Shown: positions 34,687-43,859 of the stretch, piece by piece
How the letters are laid out: each line of letters begins with the position of its first letter
Position numbering within the stretch: position 1 is the first letter of the stretch
From: a virus
DNA length: 64,000 nucleotides
Reading direction: 5' to 3' (one strand)
Virus record (IMG/VR): IMGVR_UViG_3300049893_001984
Location: 128,335-192,334 of that record
The notes under the pieces: model-generated
Seen by the model: the letters and a program-made list of their open reading frames with translations, nothing else
The model's database searches: none
Told to the model about the DNA's origin: nothing
Made by a program: the position numbers and the translations under genes

Positions 34687-35457
34687 ATGTCAAAATTGAC
34701 CAAAATAGCCATTTTTTGCCTATTTTTGACTACTTTTTCGGGTTGCCAGCTGGCTGGGAGCCAATCCAGGAGTAATCAGAACAATACAGTCAACCAAAGC
34801 CTGCCAGGCGTGGTTCCGGGCACTAGAAATGAGCCTGTACCCCCTGATGTTGTGACTCCTTTGAAGAGTGAGATCCTTCAATCCGCTAACAACACACAGA
34901 ACCAACTTTCGGGCCTTTTGAACGCATCTGTGTCAAAATTGTCTGAAAAGTTGACTGGTGTGGAAGCAAATCTTTCCGAGCTGGTTAAGGTGACTGCAAA
35001 TACCAATATTTCGTCGAATTTAGAGCTGAAAAACCAGATTTCAGCGGCTGTAACCGCTGTGGCTGACCTGAAGGTCGAAATTAAGGCAACCGCCACCTTT
35101 ACGAACGAAATGACCGCCCACATAGCCCGTTTGGAGGCTATTATGACAAATAATGTCAACGGGCAGGCTGGCGTCTACAATAAGTTGGATTCCATGCAAC
35201 AGGAGTTCAAATCAGCTGCTGGAAGGGACATCCAGAACAATTACCTGCCGAAAGAAGCTGTCAAGATCATAGAGTCCAGCAATTGGATGCTTCTTGGCAT
35301 AATTTCTACATTTTGCGGCCTTGGGCTCAGTGTTTTGACAATCGCTTACCGAAACGCACGCCACCGTGAGAATTTGAACTCAAAACTGCTGATGGCGTGC
35401 CTTGCCTCTATGGAGCCTGAAAAAGCCGAGGCCATTCAGAAATCAATAAGTCTCTAG
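34687..35457 (+). CDS. Lipoprotein with coiled-coil body and C-terminal TM helix (u-spanin-like topology)
   Basis: Lipobox FSGC at residue 20, heptad-rich middle, TM WMLLGIISTFCGLGLSVLTIAY. Confidence 0.6.
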   Translation: MSKLTKIAIFCLFLTTFSGCQLAGSQSRSNQNNTVNQSLPGVVPGTRNEPVPPDVVTPLKSEILQSANNTQNQLSGLLNASVSKLSEKLTGVEANLSELVKVTANTNISSNLELKNQISAAVTAVADLKVEIKATATFTNEMTAHIARLEAIMTNNVNGQAGVYNKLDSMQQEFKSAAGRDIQNNYLPKEAVKIIESSNWMLLGIISTFCGLGLSVLTIAYRNARHRENLNSKLLMACLASMEPEKAEAIQKSISL

Positions 35458-38130
35458 GGTGTTGTAATCCGGGGGAACGTCTCCGCGTATTACCATGTCC
35501 CAGCATTCCTTCTTGATTACCCACCCATTGAAGTCTGGAGTGTCTATGCTCCAGCCTTTCGAGATGAACGTCTCTGTAGCGTTGTTGAAGTCCGGTACTG
35601 GGTACTTATTGGACGACAACGCAGTCTGAATGACGCCACGGTCGATCGCAACCAGGTTATTCTTAATATCAATACAGAATGCGAACTTGTTGTTAGTACC
35701 ATTCAGAATTGACGCTAAGAAGTACTTAACCTCGTTGTTAGTCACCATGACCTTACCAAGGCGCCGCAGGTTCTGACACATCTCCAGCAGAGAGAACCCA
35801 TAGCAGACCGGCACACGAAGCATCTTCTTGGCCGGTTCGTACAGCTCCATCATGTCTTTCTTTATGTAGCTGCTATACCAGGTGATGAAGTCCTTAAGGA
35901 TCAGCTGGACGGGGTGAGAACCTGGGTCCTGCTTTGGCCATCCTTTTTTCTGGTGGTGTGCCAGGTAGAACGCAATGTCGTCAAAACCAGGCAGCGGTTG
36001 AGTGCAAACCCTTGGCTGTGGAGCACTTACAATAAGCCAAGGTGAACCAACGGCCAAAGGCATGGCTTCCCACGTTTCACACCCAAGGAACACGTAGGGG
36101 GCGTTTGAGGCGTCGAACTGTCCCAGGAGGAACCCGCTCTGCGTGCTAAGGTAGATGGGGTACGTGTGCTTATTCAGCTTAGCATGTACCGCGCTCATCT
36201 CTGCCACGTGCCCACTTTTAAGAATTACACAATCCATCCCAGATGTTTTGGCTAGATGGTTAACCGCAACACGTGCACAGGAGCCATAACTGCCCGCAGC
36301 AGCTACTGGTATGTTAGGCATATCACGCAGGGGGGCCAATAGGTTGTAGATATAGCAAGCCGCCAAGGCAGCCCAGGCAGACCTTACAGGGCTGACTATA
36401 TCTGATGGTCTTACTCCGCGCTTCTCGGGGATAGGGACCGTGGATGTCGGTACTCCTATATTGCACACATACTGGTTAGGCACTATCTCACCTTCCTGAA
36501 TTGTGAATTTCTGGAAGTGAATGACCCCGTCAGGCGTGGCGCCTATCGAGGATGTCGTGGTCATAACCTGGGGCGTGGAGAAGCTCTTGGCCAAGTAAGC
36601 AAACGATCCGCGCCACTTTGACATCGTTATAGGCATGCCAAGGCCAGCCTCAGATATCTTACGCCGTAGAAACGCCTCCGGGTCAGCTTCAATCTCTGTA
36701 ACAGGTGCGGTAAAAGGAATCTTGTTACGCTTGAAGTGAATTTCGCCTTCCCAGTGGGTTACCAGCTGGGCTGTGTCGTTTATTTCCTTGTGGATCTTTA
36801 TCACTGCATCGGACAACAGCTCCTCGGCGTTTGACTCCTTGGACATGAAATACCAGGCATTATCACGTTCAAGTACGACACCCCGCCCGTACGACATGGA
36901 CTTAACGGCACGTGAGTCGCAGAGGAAATGTTCTACTCTCTCCCGTAGAGAACGAGGGCAGGCTGCACGTATATCTTCCTTTTCCTGGGGGGTAAATGCC
37001 AGGTTGGCAACCGCCTCCTTTATCTCCGACTCAGACAGCCTCCCGTCCGTGAGCCATTCACACAGGACAATCCGCCAATCCTGGGCATGCTTCTGCATGA
37101 TGTCAGTGAGATAGTTCAGCGAAACGGACGCCATGTATCTCTGAGGATTTTCGGCATCTGCATACTGATTCGGCTTTGTTGTTATCTTCGACCGGGGTAC
37201 ACGTCTTGCTTGGTCAAACGTCTTCCAGCTAAGTCCCCTGTTCCAAAATATAACATTGTCGGCATTAACTGATTGCCAGGCCAAAGCCGTATCATCAGTG
37301 TAAAGCACCAAAGGAAGGGGCTCATCCTCCTCGTAGAACCTCTTGCGGTGCATCAACATTGCCAAGGTAGGGTCGCTCGTGGCGTATACGTATTCTTGAT
37401 GAGGACGTATACAGTCCAGCATAGCAAGACCACCTTCGCCTCCCTTACCGGCTCCAACTTCGCCAAGCTTGTGCATAATCATGGGCTCGTCACCGTTGTT
37501 GAACAGTCCAAATCCAACACTACGGCCTGGCACATCTTGAAAGTTCAAAACAAGGGCTGCACCCCAGGATTGCGGCAGTAAAGCCTTGTCTTTAAACCGC
37601 TTACATATAGGATTACGTAAATCGCCGCCGACAATCTTGGTGAGCAGGTTTTGCCGACCTATGCGCCAGCCTGACCACAAGTGGTTGTCCTGTATGAGTT
37701 TAAGTAAGGCGGCTGAGGGTTTTTCTAGGATTGCATTTTGTAGAGCTTTCCAGTGCCCCTTAGCAAAGTTACGAGGATCTACAAAGTTTTTGATGTACCG
37801 CTGAATATTATCAGAACTTAGCTCTTCTGCCGGGAAAGACACCAACGACAAGGCAGAAGCACGTTCTATTGCTTCAGGTATGGAAACATTACACATCTTG
37901 GCATATAGTTCACATGTATCGCCTGACCAGTCGCAGGCGAAACAGGTGAGCCAGCGGTTAAACCTGTTGGTGGTTGTGATAACGGGATCCATATAGATTG
38001 AGAAGCTTTCCTTGCCACAAAAAGGGCACGTGGTAAGTTCAGGCGTCCAACCTTTGATCTCAATATTAGCCGTCGCTAGGATACGAGCTACGTTAAAGTG
38101 CCTGGACAAATCTCTTGGAGAATGACTCAT
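35443..38130 (-). CDS. Large primase/helicase-like protein with N-terminal zinc-binding domain; catalytic motifs not recognisable
   Basis: CPFC...LTCFAC..SGD..ELYA...SIPEAIE is a DnaG-type Zn-binding domain. The remainder has no intact TOPRIM or Walker A that I can see. Confidence 0.55.
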   Translation of the reverse strand: MSHSPRDLSRHFNVARILATANIEIKGWTPELTTCPFCGKESFSIYMDPVITTTNRFNRWLTCFACDWSGDTCELYAKMCNVSIPEAIERASALSLVSFPAEELSSDNIQRYIKNFVDPRNFAKGHWKALQNAILEKPSAALLKLIQDNHLWSGWRIGRQNLLTKIVGGDLRNPICKRFKDKALLPQSWGAALVLNFQDVPGRSVGFGLFNNGDEPMIMHKLGEVGAGKGGEGGLAMLDCIRPHQEYVYATSDPTLAMLMHRKRFYEEDEPLPLVLYTDDTALAWQSVNADNVIFWNRGLSWKTFDQARRVPRSKITTKPNQYADAENPQRYMASVSLNYLTDIMQKHAQDWRIVLCEWLTDGRLSESEIKEAVANLAFTPQEKEDIRAACPRSLRERVEHFLCDSRAVKSMSYGRGVVLERDNAWYFMSKESNAEELLSDAVIKIHKEINDTAQLVTHWEGEIHFKRNKIPFTAPVTEIEADPEAFLRRKISEAGLGMPITMSKWRGSFAYLAKSFSTPQVMTTTSSIGATPDGVIHFQKFTIQEGEIVPNQYVCNIGVPTSTVPIPEKRGVRPSDIVSPVRSAWAALAACYIYNLLAPLRDMPNIPVAAAGSYGSCARVAVNHLAKTSGMDCVILKSGHVAEMSAVHAKLNKHTYPIYLSTQSGFLLGQFDASNAPYVFLGCETWEAMPLAVGSPWLIVSAPQPRVCTQPLPGFDDIAFYLAHHQKKGWPKQDPGSHPVQLILKDFITWYSSYIKKDMMELYEPAKKMLRVPVCYGFSLLEMCQNLRRLGKVMVTNNEVKYFLASILNGTNNKFAFCIDIKNNLVAIDRGVIQTALSSNKYPVPDFNNATETFISKGWSIDTPDFNGWVIKKECWDMVIRGDVPPDYNTLETY

Positions 38131-39426
38131 ATGTCCGAACCTATTGACTTCCTATCGGACTCCAACCAACAGCAGATGTACATGCTGGACAGGCTCTACG
38201 GTCTGCCGGAGTTCGTCAAGAATGCCGCTTTCGAAAGTACCGACGCGCTGACCGGTTTACCGGATTCTTCGTTTGCTGACCCACGGCGCCGTAAATTCCC
38301 GTGTCACACAAAAGCAGCCACGTGGCTGGCCAACGCGTACTTCCAGCAATCACGCGGTGCGTATCCTAAGGATGAAGCAACTTTCGTGCAAGGTCGGATC
38401 ACTAAGTACGCATCCCACTGGAAGATCCAGAGCCTTGTCAACGCTTTCAACACAGTACATGCAAAACTAGCCTCGGCAAACTCACCGGACCTTCAGGATA
38501 AGGACTATGCCTTGGTGGCAGTTACTGAAGATGGGCAAAAGGTTAGACGTATGCCCATTAACAACCCGGTGAACATTAAACACGCTGGAGAGTTCTTGTA
38601 CGCCAATAGGGAGAAATACCCGTACAGCTGGCGTAAAACGGCTGCCCGTAACATTCTCAAAGCCGCCAGTGAGTGGGGTCATAAGGCCGCTGAAAACGAC
38701 ATCAGTGCGCAGTCTGAACTCATGTTCACTCGGTTTAATGATGATACGGCTGATTATCTGGAAAGGGCGTCTGGGTTTGGCATTACACATCCCCGTCGTG
38801 CAGCCGAGAAAATTGCATCAAGAGTTATGATGCTCGGCTCTAACCACAAAGATATCCAAACCAAGCTTGCGCACATTGCGACCACGCTTAAGGACATGGA
38901 TATCGTAAAACCGGAACAGTTACAGAAACTGGCCGAGATTGTGGACCGCGTGGACATCCAGACCGGACTTAACCACCACTATACCGATGGGGTGGACATG
39001 CCCGAAGACATTTTCTTCAGTGTCCTCGAGAAGGAAGCTGCAATGGCAGACCTTCAGCATGTTGTGCTTACTACGGGAACGGTCATTGACTTGATGGATC
39101 TGGCTGGTCTTCCTCTTAACAAGGTCGCCGAGATTATGGGCGATGAGTTTAAGGAAGCCGTTCAGTCTGAATCCGGCATGTACGTCGACCTTGAAAAGTT
39201 TGCAGAAGTTATCCCGACACTCCCGCGCTGTGACGCTGTTCTTCTTGAGAAGGCTCTTAAGGATGTGTCCGAAGAGCGTGAGGCTAACCATGGGATCAAA
39301 CAGGCATTTAACCTTGACCTGTTGACTAAGGAAGCCATCACCGATTATCTTAAGAAGAAAGGTCATAATGTCTTTGAGACCGACTATCAGCTCAACGTCC
39401 GCATGGAGACCAACCAACGTGCTTAA
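38131..39426 (+). CDS. Probable virion/head-associated protein with two DUF6582-like repeats
   Basis: KFPCHTKAATWLANAYF and RMPINNPVNIKHAGEFL...RKTAARNILKAA. First gene of a plus-strand operon. GGAG SD before ATG 38131. Confidence 0.55.
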   Translation: MSEPIDFLSDSNQQQMYMLDRLYGLPEFVKNAAFESTDALTGLPDSSFADPRRRKFPCHTKAATWLANAYFQQSRGAYPKDEATFVQGRITKYASHWKIQSLVNAFNTVHAKLASANSPDLQDKDYALVAVTEDGQKVRRMPINNPVNIKHAGEFLYANREKYPYSWRKTAARNILKAASEWGHKAAENDISAQSELMFTRFNDDTADYLERASGFGITHPRRAAEKIASRVMMLGSNHKDIQTKLAHIATTLKDMDIVKPEQLQKLAEIVDRVDIQTGLNHHYTDGVDMPEDIFFSVLEKEAAMADLQHVVLTTGTVIDLMDLAGLPLNKVAEIMGDEFKEAVQSESGMYVDLEKFAEVIPTLPRCDAVLLEKALKDVSEEREANHGIKQAFNLDLLTKEAITDYLKKKGHNVFETDYQLNVRMETNQRA

Positions 39427-40033
39427 ATCCGCTAGCCTGATAGGGTTCGAGATGGCGGTTATGCAGTCTGAGCTTCCTGACGAGGATAAAGAGAATATCC
39501 TCGTCAAACGAGCTAACATACTGTATGACGCAGCTGAATCGCTAGGAAAGAAGGTTCAAACCGGTCTTGGCGATACTTTTTTGGCAAACTTAACAGGAAT
39601 GCGTTCAAAGCTGGACGCAGTTGACCCAAACTGGGCTACGAACAAAGCACCGTCCGCAGCTCTTAAAACCCTTTTAGACTCGCACCATAGACGACTAGGC
39701 GGAGGGGCTGCCGGTCTAGCCGCAGCGGCTACAGCCGGGATTGCTGCACTAGTACTTTCAGGGCATGGCAATGTTGGTGACCAGGAAGATTTTTACCCGA
39801 GCGGTGGTCCCGAAGGAAAGGGTAAGGCTGATACCGCGCAACAACCCTCTGCGCCCGCTATGCAGCAGATGAACCCGATGATGATGAATCCCATGATGAA
39901 CCCCATGATGAACCCCATGATGGGGCAGGGGATGAACCCCATGATGGGTGGAATGCCTAGACCCCTTCCTCTGGGGATGGGTACACCATATATTGGGTCT
40001 GACGGACGAGTTCACCACCACAGGTACTTCTAA
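39368..40033 (+). CDS. Hypothetical protein with Gly/Ala hydrophobic segment and Met-rich tail
   Basis: GGGAAGLAAAATAGIAALVLSG, (NPMM)n. Start uncertain (39368 or 39452). Confidence 0.65.
   Translation: MSLRPTISSTSAWRPTNVLKSASLIGFEMAVMQSELPDEDKENILVKRANILYDAAESLGKKVQTGLGDTFLANLTGMRSKLDAVDPNWATNKAPSAALKTLLDSHHRRLGGGAAGLAAAATAGIAALVLSGHGNVGDQEDFYPSGGPEGKGKADTAQQPSAPAMQQMNPMMMNPMMNPMMNPMMGQGMNPMMGGMPRPLPLGMGTPYIGSDGRVHHHRYF
39869..39946 (+). repeat. 12-bp coding tandem repeat ATGAACCCCATG
   Basis: About 5 copies encoding MNPM. Confidence 0.85.
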
Positions 40034-40785
40034 TGCGTCAAGAGAACATTGCCGTAGGTAAGGTGCTAAGCGACCCATCCACATTTGGGTCTGCTATTGT
40101 TGTTGCCATGTGTGACGCCTGGGGCACTGAATGGTTTGACTGGGAAGGTCAAACCATTCGTATGGAGGCGCATGCCACGTGGGGGTCCGAAATACCTGAA
40201 GTTAACATGAACAAGGTACACGCGCTCCTTGCTGTGCTAACTACAAATCAGTTTCAGCGCAACCTTCACTGTTTCGTCCATGTTTGTAACGCCCTTAACG
40301 GGCATGGAAACAACTTCGATACGGTTGACCGTGTGAACACATCGGAGATATGCTGGGCTATAGCGGAAGTAGCACTCATCGACCCTGATGCGGTTGCCAA
40401 GAACAAGTTCGATCATGACATAGTTACTTACATAAAGCAGACGATGACTGAAGATGGGTTTCACAAGTCTCCCCGTATCCTCTCTCCATATATTAATATA
40501 GAGGAGGATACCGAGGGACTTGAGCAGAGCCTTAGTGCAGACGGTATAGACTTCTCCGCCTTCTGGCGTGATCAAGAAGAAAAGCGGATGGAGGTTGACA
40601 GTTACGTTAGAGACAACCTTAACCTTCTGTTTCAGCAGGTTGCTTCTCTTCCTCTGCACAACGCTGTCGAAGGGTTCGAGCAAGATTTGCCTTCGAAACT
40701 TCAAAGAGCTTTGGCAGATTCACGGCGAGCGACAGAAGCGGATTCGGAGGGAGCTCCGAAGAAACCATTTCAAGGATATCGATAA
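40033..40785 (+). CDS. Hypothetical protein
   Basis: 250 aa, TAATG coupling to the upstream gene. Confidence 0.7.
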   Translation: MRQENIAVGKVLSDPSTFGSAIVVAMCDAWGTEWFDWEGQTIRMEAHATWGSEIPEVNMNKVHALLAVLTTNQFQRNLHCFVHVCNALNGHGNNFDTVDRVNTSEICWAIAEVALIDPDAVAKNKFDHDIVTYIKQTMTEDGFHKSPRILSPYINIEEDTEGLEQSLSADGIDFSAFWRDQEEKRMEVDSYVRDNLNLLFQQVASLPLHNAVEGFEQDLPSKLQRALADSRRATEADSEGAPKKPFQGYR

Positions 40786-41101
40786 CACATTCATGCTCAG
40801 GCATGATTGTTACATACCTATTATCCAGGATTTGGAGAGAAGCCCCCCTTACGGGGCTTCTCTTTTTGTAAGCCTCCTCGTACTCACTTGAGAGCTTTTT
40901 GATAGGTTTCCACTGCATAAACAAAGCGAATGTAACCTTTGATTCACTGAATCCGACATCACGAAGTATTTTCATGATGCAGGCCAGCAAAAGATCACAG
41001 TCGTTGAACTCAGTTGGTACGACACCGCTGCAAAACCTGAGTAAGGTCCGTATGTCCTTGGGTTCGACACCCGAAGCCTTACTCAGGGTGGTTATGTCCA
41101 T
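40619..41101 (-). CDS. HTH (MerR-like) protein
   Basis: MDITTLSKASGVEPKDIRTLL...DLLLACIMKILRDVGFS. Start follows the upstream TAG. Confidence 0.5.
   Translation of the reverse strand: MDITTLSKASGVEPKDIRTLLRFCSGVVPTEFNDCDLLLACIMKILRDVGFSESKVTFALFMQWKPIKKLSSEYEEAYKKRSPVRGASLQILDNRYVTIMPEHECVIDILEMVSSELPPNPLLSLAVNLPKLFEVSKANLARTLRQRCAEEEKQPAETEG
40837..40867 (+). terminator. Intrinsic terminator of the plus-strand operon, embedded in the opposite-strand CDS
   Basis: GAGAAGCCCC/GGGGCTTCTC plus TTTTT. Confidence 0.75.
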
Positions 41102-41102
41102 A

Positions 41103-41390
41103 CTAAATTCCTTTCGTAAGCCGGAAGGTGTTCCGGTATGCAGTGACCGACTCTTTCTTACTATTCCCATCTTTAATCAACTTTTCCTCGCTGACCTGTT
41201 CCCCGTCTTTACCAACTGGGTAAGGTCCGCCGTATGTCTCAACACCAGCCGAGTGCATGTTGTGCTCCACACGAGCAGCATATGCCAACTTTCTTGCTGC
41301 GTATGACATGACCTCAGGCAATGTGTCCCCTTCCACGGTAATCAACATCTCCCTATCAAGGGGTTCTGCTTTTACAACTCTTAGTGCCAT
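41103..41390 (-). CDS. Hypothetical protein
   Basis: 95-aa ORF with SD. Confidence 0.65.
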   Translation of the reverse strand: MALRVVKAEPLDREMLITVEGDTLPEVMSYAARKLAYAARVEHNMHSAGVETYGGPYPVGKDGEQVSEEKLIKDGNSKKESVTAYRNTFRLTKGI

Positions 41391-41566
41391 TCTTCTTCTC
41401 CTATAGAGCCTGGCGGTAGTTTATACGTAGAAGTTTGTAGTGCAACAGCACTAAAACAAGCTGAACCCACCATAGAAGAGGATACGGTAGGCGCATGCTG
41501 CGAAAAACAAACCAAGGCCTATCCAAACACAACCTAAAAACTCGTTATCACCAGTTTGCTTCACAT

Positions 41567-41917
41567 TCACTCCTTTTTAATCGGTGGGGTTAATCTCCTA
41601 CCTGTGTTACGCTCGACGGTTACAGCTCTGTCGTCCCAAAGCTCCACCATGTCATAATCCTTGCAGGAGGTCACCTCCAGCTCCTTACCGATATGTTTCG
41701 TGCACCACTGCCGTATGTTATACTGCTCCGTGTGCCATTGCTTACTGGAGAGGCGCGCAGTAAAAATACGCACCTCTATGCCCCTGGACAACCACATCTT
41801 AACGCGGTCGACCATTTCTTTCACAGGTGGCCCTATCCCGAACTCCTCTTCCTTTGTGTCGTCTGCCAACGTCCCATCCAAGTCAACTCCAACCCATCCC
41901 ATGATCACCTCCGTCAC
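41567..41917 (-). CDS. HAD-family phosphatase (PNKP phosphatase-like)
   Basis: VGVDLDGTLA, IFTAR, KD..M.ELWDDRA. Confidence 0.8.
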   Translation of the reverse strand: MTEVIMGWVGVDLDGTLADDTKEEEFGIGPPVKEMVDRVKMWLSRGIEVRIFTARLSSKQWHTEQYNIRQWCTKHIGKELEVTSCKDYDMVELWDDRAVTVERNTGRRLTPPIKKE

Positions 41918-42258
41918 GGTACTAACTCTTGAATGACACCAGGCATTACATCCAACCTCAGCGTTACACTGGACCTGTAATACAGGTACGCATCATTACG
42001 AGACAACTCTTGAGCCAAAAAAGATCCGTCCAGCAATTGGTACATCCCCCAGAATTTGTAGCTTTTTGGCAAATCATTTGTAGCGGGTACAGATGAAAAC
42101 CAAATTGGGTATTGTATAAACAACTCTGGGCTGACTTCACACTCTTCAGGCTTCCGGATTCGTCCGAGTGTGTAAACTTTCTCACCGGCGCTAGGTAGTA
42201 ATCGACGCGAGTTCCACCTAACGATTGGTGCTGTAAACGATCTTTTCGCTCGTGCCAT
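41914..42258 (-). CDS. Hypothetical protein, ends QELVP
   Basis: 114-aa ORF. Confidence 0.6.
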   Translation of the reverse strand: MARAKRSFTAPIVRWNSRRLLPSAGEKVYTLGRIRKPEECEVSPELFIQYPIWFSSVPATNDLPKSYKFWGMYQLLDGSFLAQELSRNDAYLYYRSSVTLRLDVMPGVIQELVP

Positions 42259-42316
42259 TTATTTTTCCCTGTGTTGGTTTTACGAACTACGATTGTTAAC
42301 ACCCTAGGCTAATGAC

Positions 42317-42811
42317 CTAGCCATGAATACGCGCATACATATCGTCATCAGCTCCTCGTCCCAGCTTATTTAAAAGATCACCGATCCTGTAATGCAGTAA
42401 ACGTATGCAGGTTTCCTTGTACATATGTGACTTCCCTTTAATCTTTTCGTTCATGCTAATAATTGCGGGGTACCCACAAAAAGTACAACAAACAATAAAC
42501 TCATAGTCTGCTATGTTAGCCTGAGTAGAGGGGCGCTCTGTAAAAACTAAGCACCTCTCGTACTCGCGGTTTGACTCTTTACGGATACGAAGCTCATTTC
42601 GGAGTTCTTCTGCATACGACGAATTTCCATCACTTTCAAAACTCTTGCTGGTGATGGCCGCATGTACAGCAACCTTTTTCAAGTCGATATATATTGAGTC
42701 GGAACAGGCCTCTGGAATATCTTCATTTGGTTTTTCACATTTTTCACAAAGAACTGGATCTTTGGTACATTCAGAGTCTCCTTCGCACCATGACACGCCA
42801 TTTTTGCACAT
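42317..42811 (-). CDS. Hypothetical Cys-rich protein
   Basis: 164-aa ORF, CEKC, CTFC. Confidence 0.55.
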   Translation of the reverse strand: MCKNGVSWCEGDSECTKDPVLCEKCEKPNEDIPEACSDSIYIDLKKVAVHAAITSKSFESDGNSSYAEELRNELRIRKESNREYERCLVFTERPSTQANIADYEFIVCCTFCGYPAIISMNEKIKGKSHMYKETCIRLLHYRIGDLLNKLGRGADDDMYARIHG

Positions 42812-42821
42812 TAGACACTCC

Positions 42822-43043
42822 TTAAAAAACGTGCTGCACTATCCAAATAACAACACGTATGAAGAGCCAAAACAGTGCGCATGCACCCACACACGCAAGA
42901 AGGAACATTATAATTAAATCTCTGAGACACCCCTGAGCGTCTTTTTCTGTAAAAGGGACCATATTAACTCCCAAGCCAGCTGAGAACGCAGCAGACAAAA
43001 ATGCCGACAGCAAACCCGCACCAAAAGTAGAATGCTGGTTCAA
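42822..43043 (-). CDS. Small membrane protein
   Basis: Two hydrophobic segments. Confidence 0.5.
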   Translation of the reverse strand: MNQHSTFGAGLLSAFLSAAFSAGLGVNMVPFTEKDAQGCLRDLIIMFLLACVGACALFWLFIRVVIWIVQHVF

Positions 43044-43371
43044 GCTTTTGCATGTTTAAAGCAGCTTTCAAGTGCTTGTCGTGAATGCGGTTAAGATCTT
43101 CAAGAGACCGAATCCACCTGTTGTTGCAATCCTCATACTCCTTAAGGAGAAGCTCAAACGATTTCTTTAACTGTTTTTTCTCCTCATCGTCGTCGTCGTT
43201 ATTTGCTTTTTGTATCTCAAACACGCCATTTCCTCCCTTAAGCCAAAGACAATTTCCAAACCCAAGGATCCTCATCCCACTGCATCCACTCAATCTTTGT
43301 TTTGAGGTCCCACATGGCAGCGAACTGACAGATACGTTGACCAGGCCCACTACAACCCTCTGCGAACGCAT
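42964..43371 (-). CDS. Hypothetical coiled-coil protein with C-terminal TM; true start likely further downstream
   Basis: Acidic run, coiled coil, FYFWCGFAVGIFVCCVLSW. Confidence 0.45.
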   Translation of the reverse strand: MRSQRVVVGLVNVSVSSLPCGTSKQRLSGCSGMRILGFGNCLWLKGGNGVFEIQKANNDDDDEEKKQLKKSFELLLKEYEDCNNRWIRSLEDLNRIHDKHLKAALNMQKLEPAFYFWCGFAVGIFVCCVLSWLGS

Positions 43372-43846
43372 CCTCCTCCGTAATACTCTGGAGGCGTTCG
43401 ACAGCTATTGCTACAACGGTTGTATGTGGCATGTAAGGGATAAAGTCATTTGGAATGGTCTTTCCGTTCCTTATTCTCCCCGCCCAGTCAGGAGGTAAGC
43501 TTGACTGACCGGCATGCCATATTTTCGAACCAATCTCAGCGATGCGCAGGCCTGAATCTGATATCTTGTCAAAAGATTTGTCAACCGCCCAAGCCGTTCG
43601 GATCAGTAGTTTTCTGTTCAACCTGTACGGGCACACTGCTGTGTGCCAGTTTTTACTGGCATCAGGAGACCCTATCCGATCTAGGTCCCCGACTGTTGAC
43701 CAATGTAAAACCCCGCCGATCGGGTCAAATGTGTAAGACCCCTTCGGATCTACTTTGGGTATTATTACGCGCCGAAGCTGTGTCTTTTCGCCGTTTGAAA
43801 TCGCCAGCGCCTCTGACCTGCTTGCAAAAATTGAATTTAAAGCCAT
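43238..43846 (-). CDS. ASCH/PUA-like phage protein
   Basis: AISNGEKTQLRR, CPY, VERLQSITEEDAFAEG, F..MW...W..DPWVW. GGAGG SD before ATG 43846. Confidence 0.75.
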   Translation of the reverse strand: MALNSIFASRSEALAISNGEKTQLRRVIIPKVDPKGSYTFDPIGGVLHWSTVGDLDRIGSPDASKNWHTAVCPYRLNRKLLIRTAWAVDKSFDKISDSGLRIAEIGSKIWHAGQSSLPPDWAGRIRNGKTIPNDFIPYMPHTTVVAIAVERLQSITEEDAFAEGCSGPGQRICQFAAMWDLKTKIEWMQWDEDPWVWKLSLA

Positions 43847-43859
43847 CCTATTTCCTCCA

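Noticed and set aside
38131-40785. Calling these genes major capsid, portal or protease
   Set aside because: No HK97-fold, portal or catalytic protease motif recognisable. Only a virion association is inferred.
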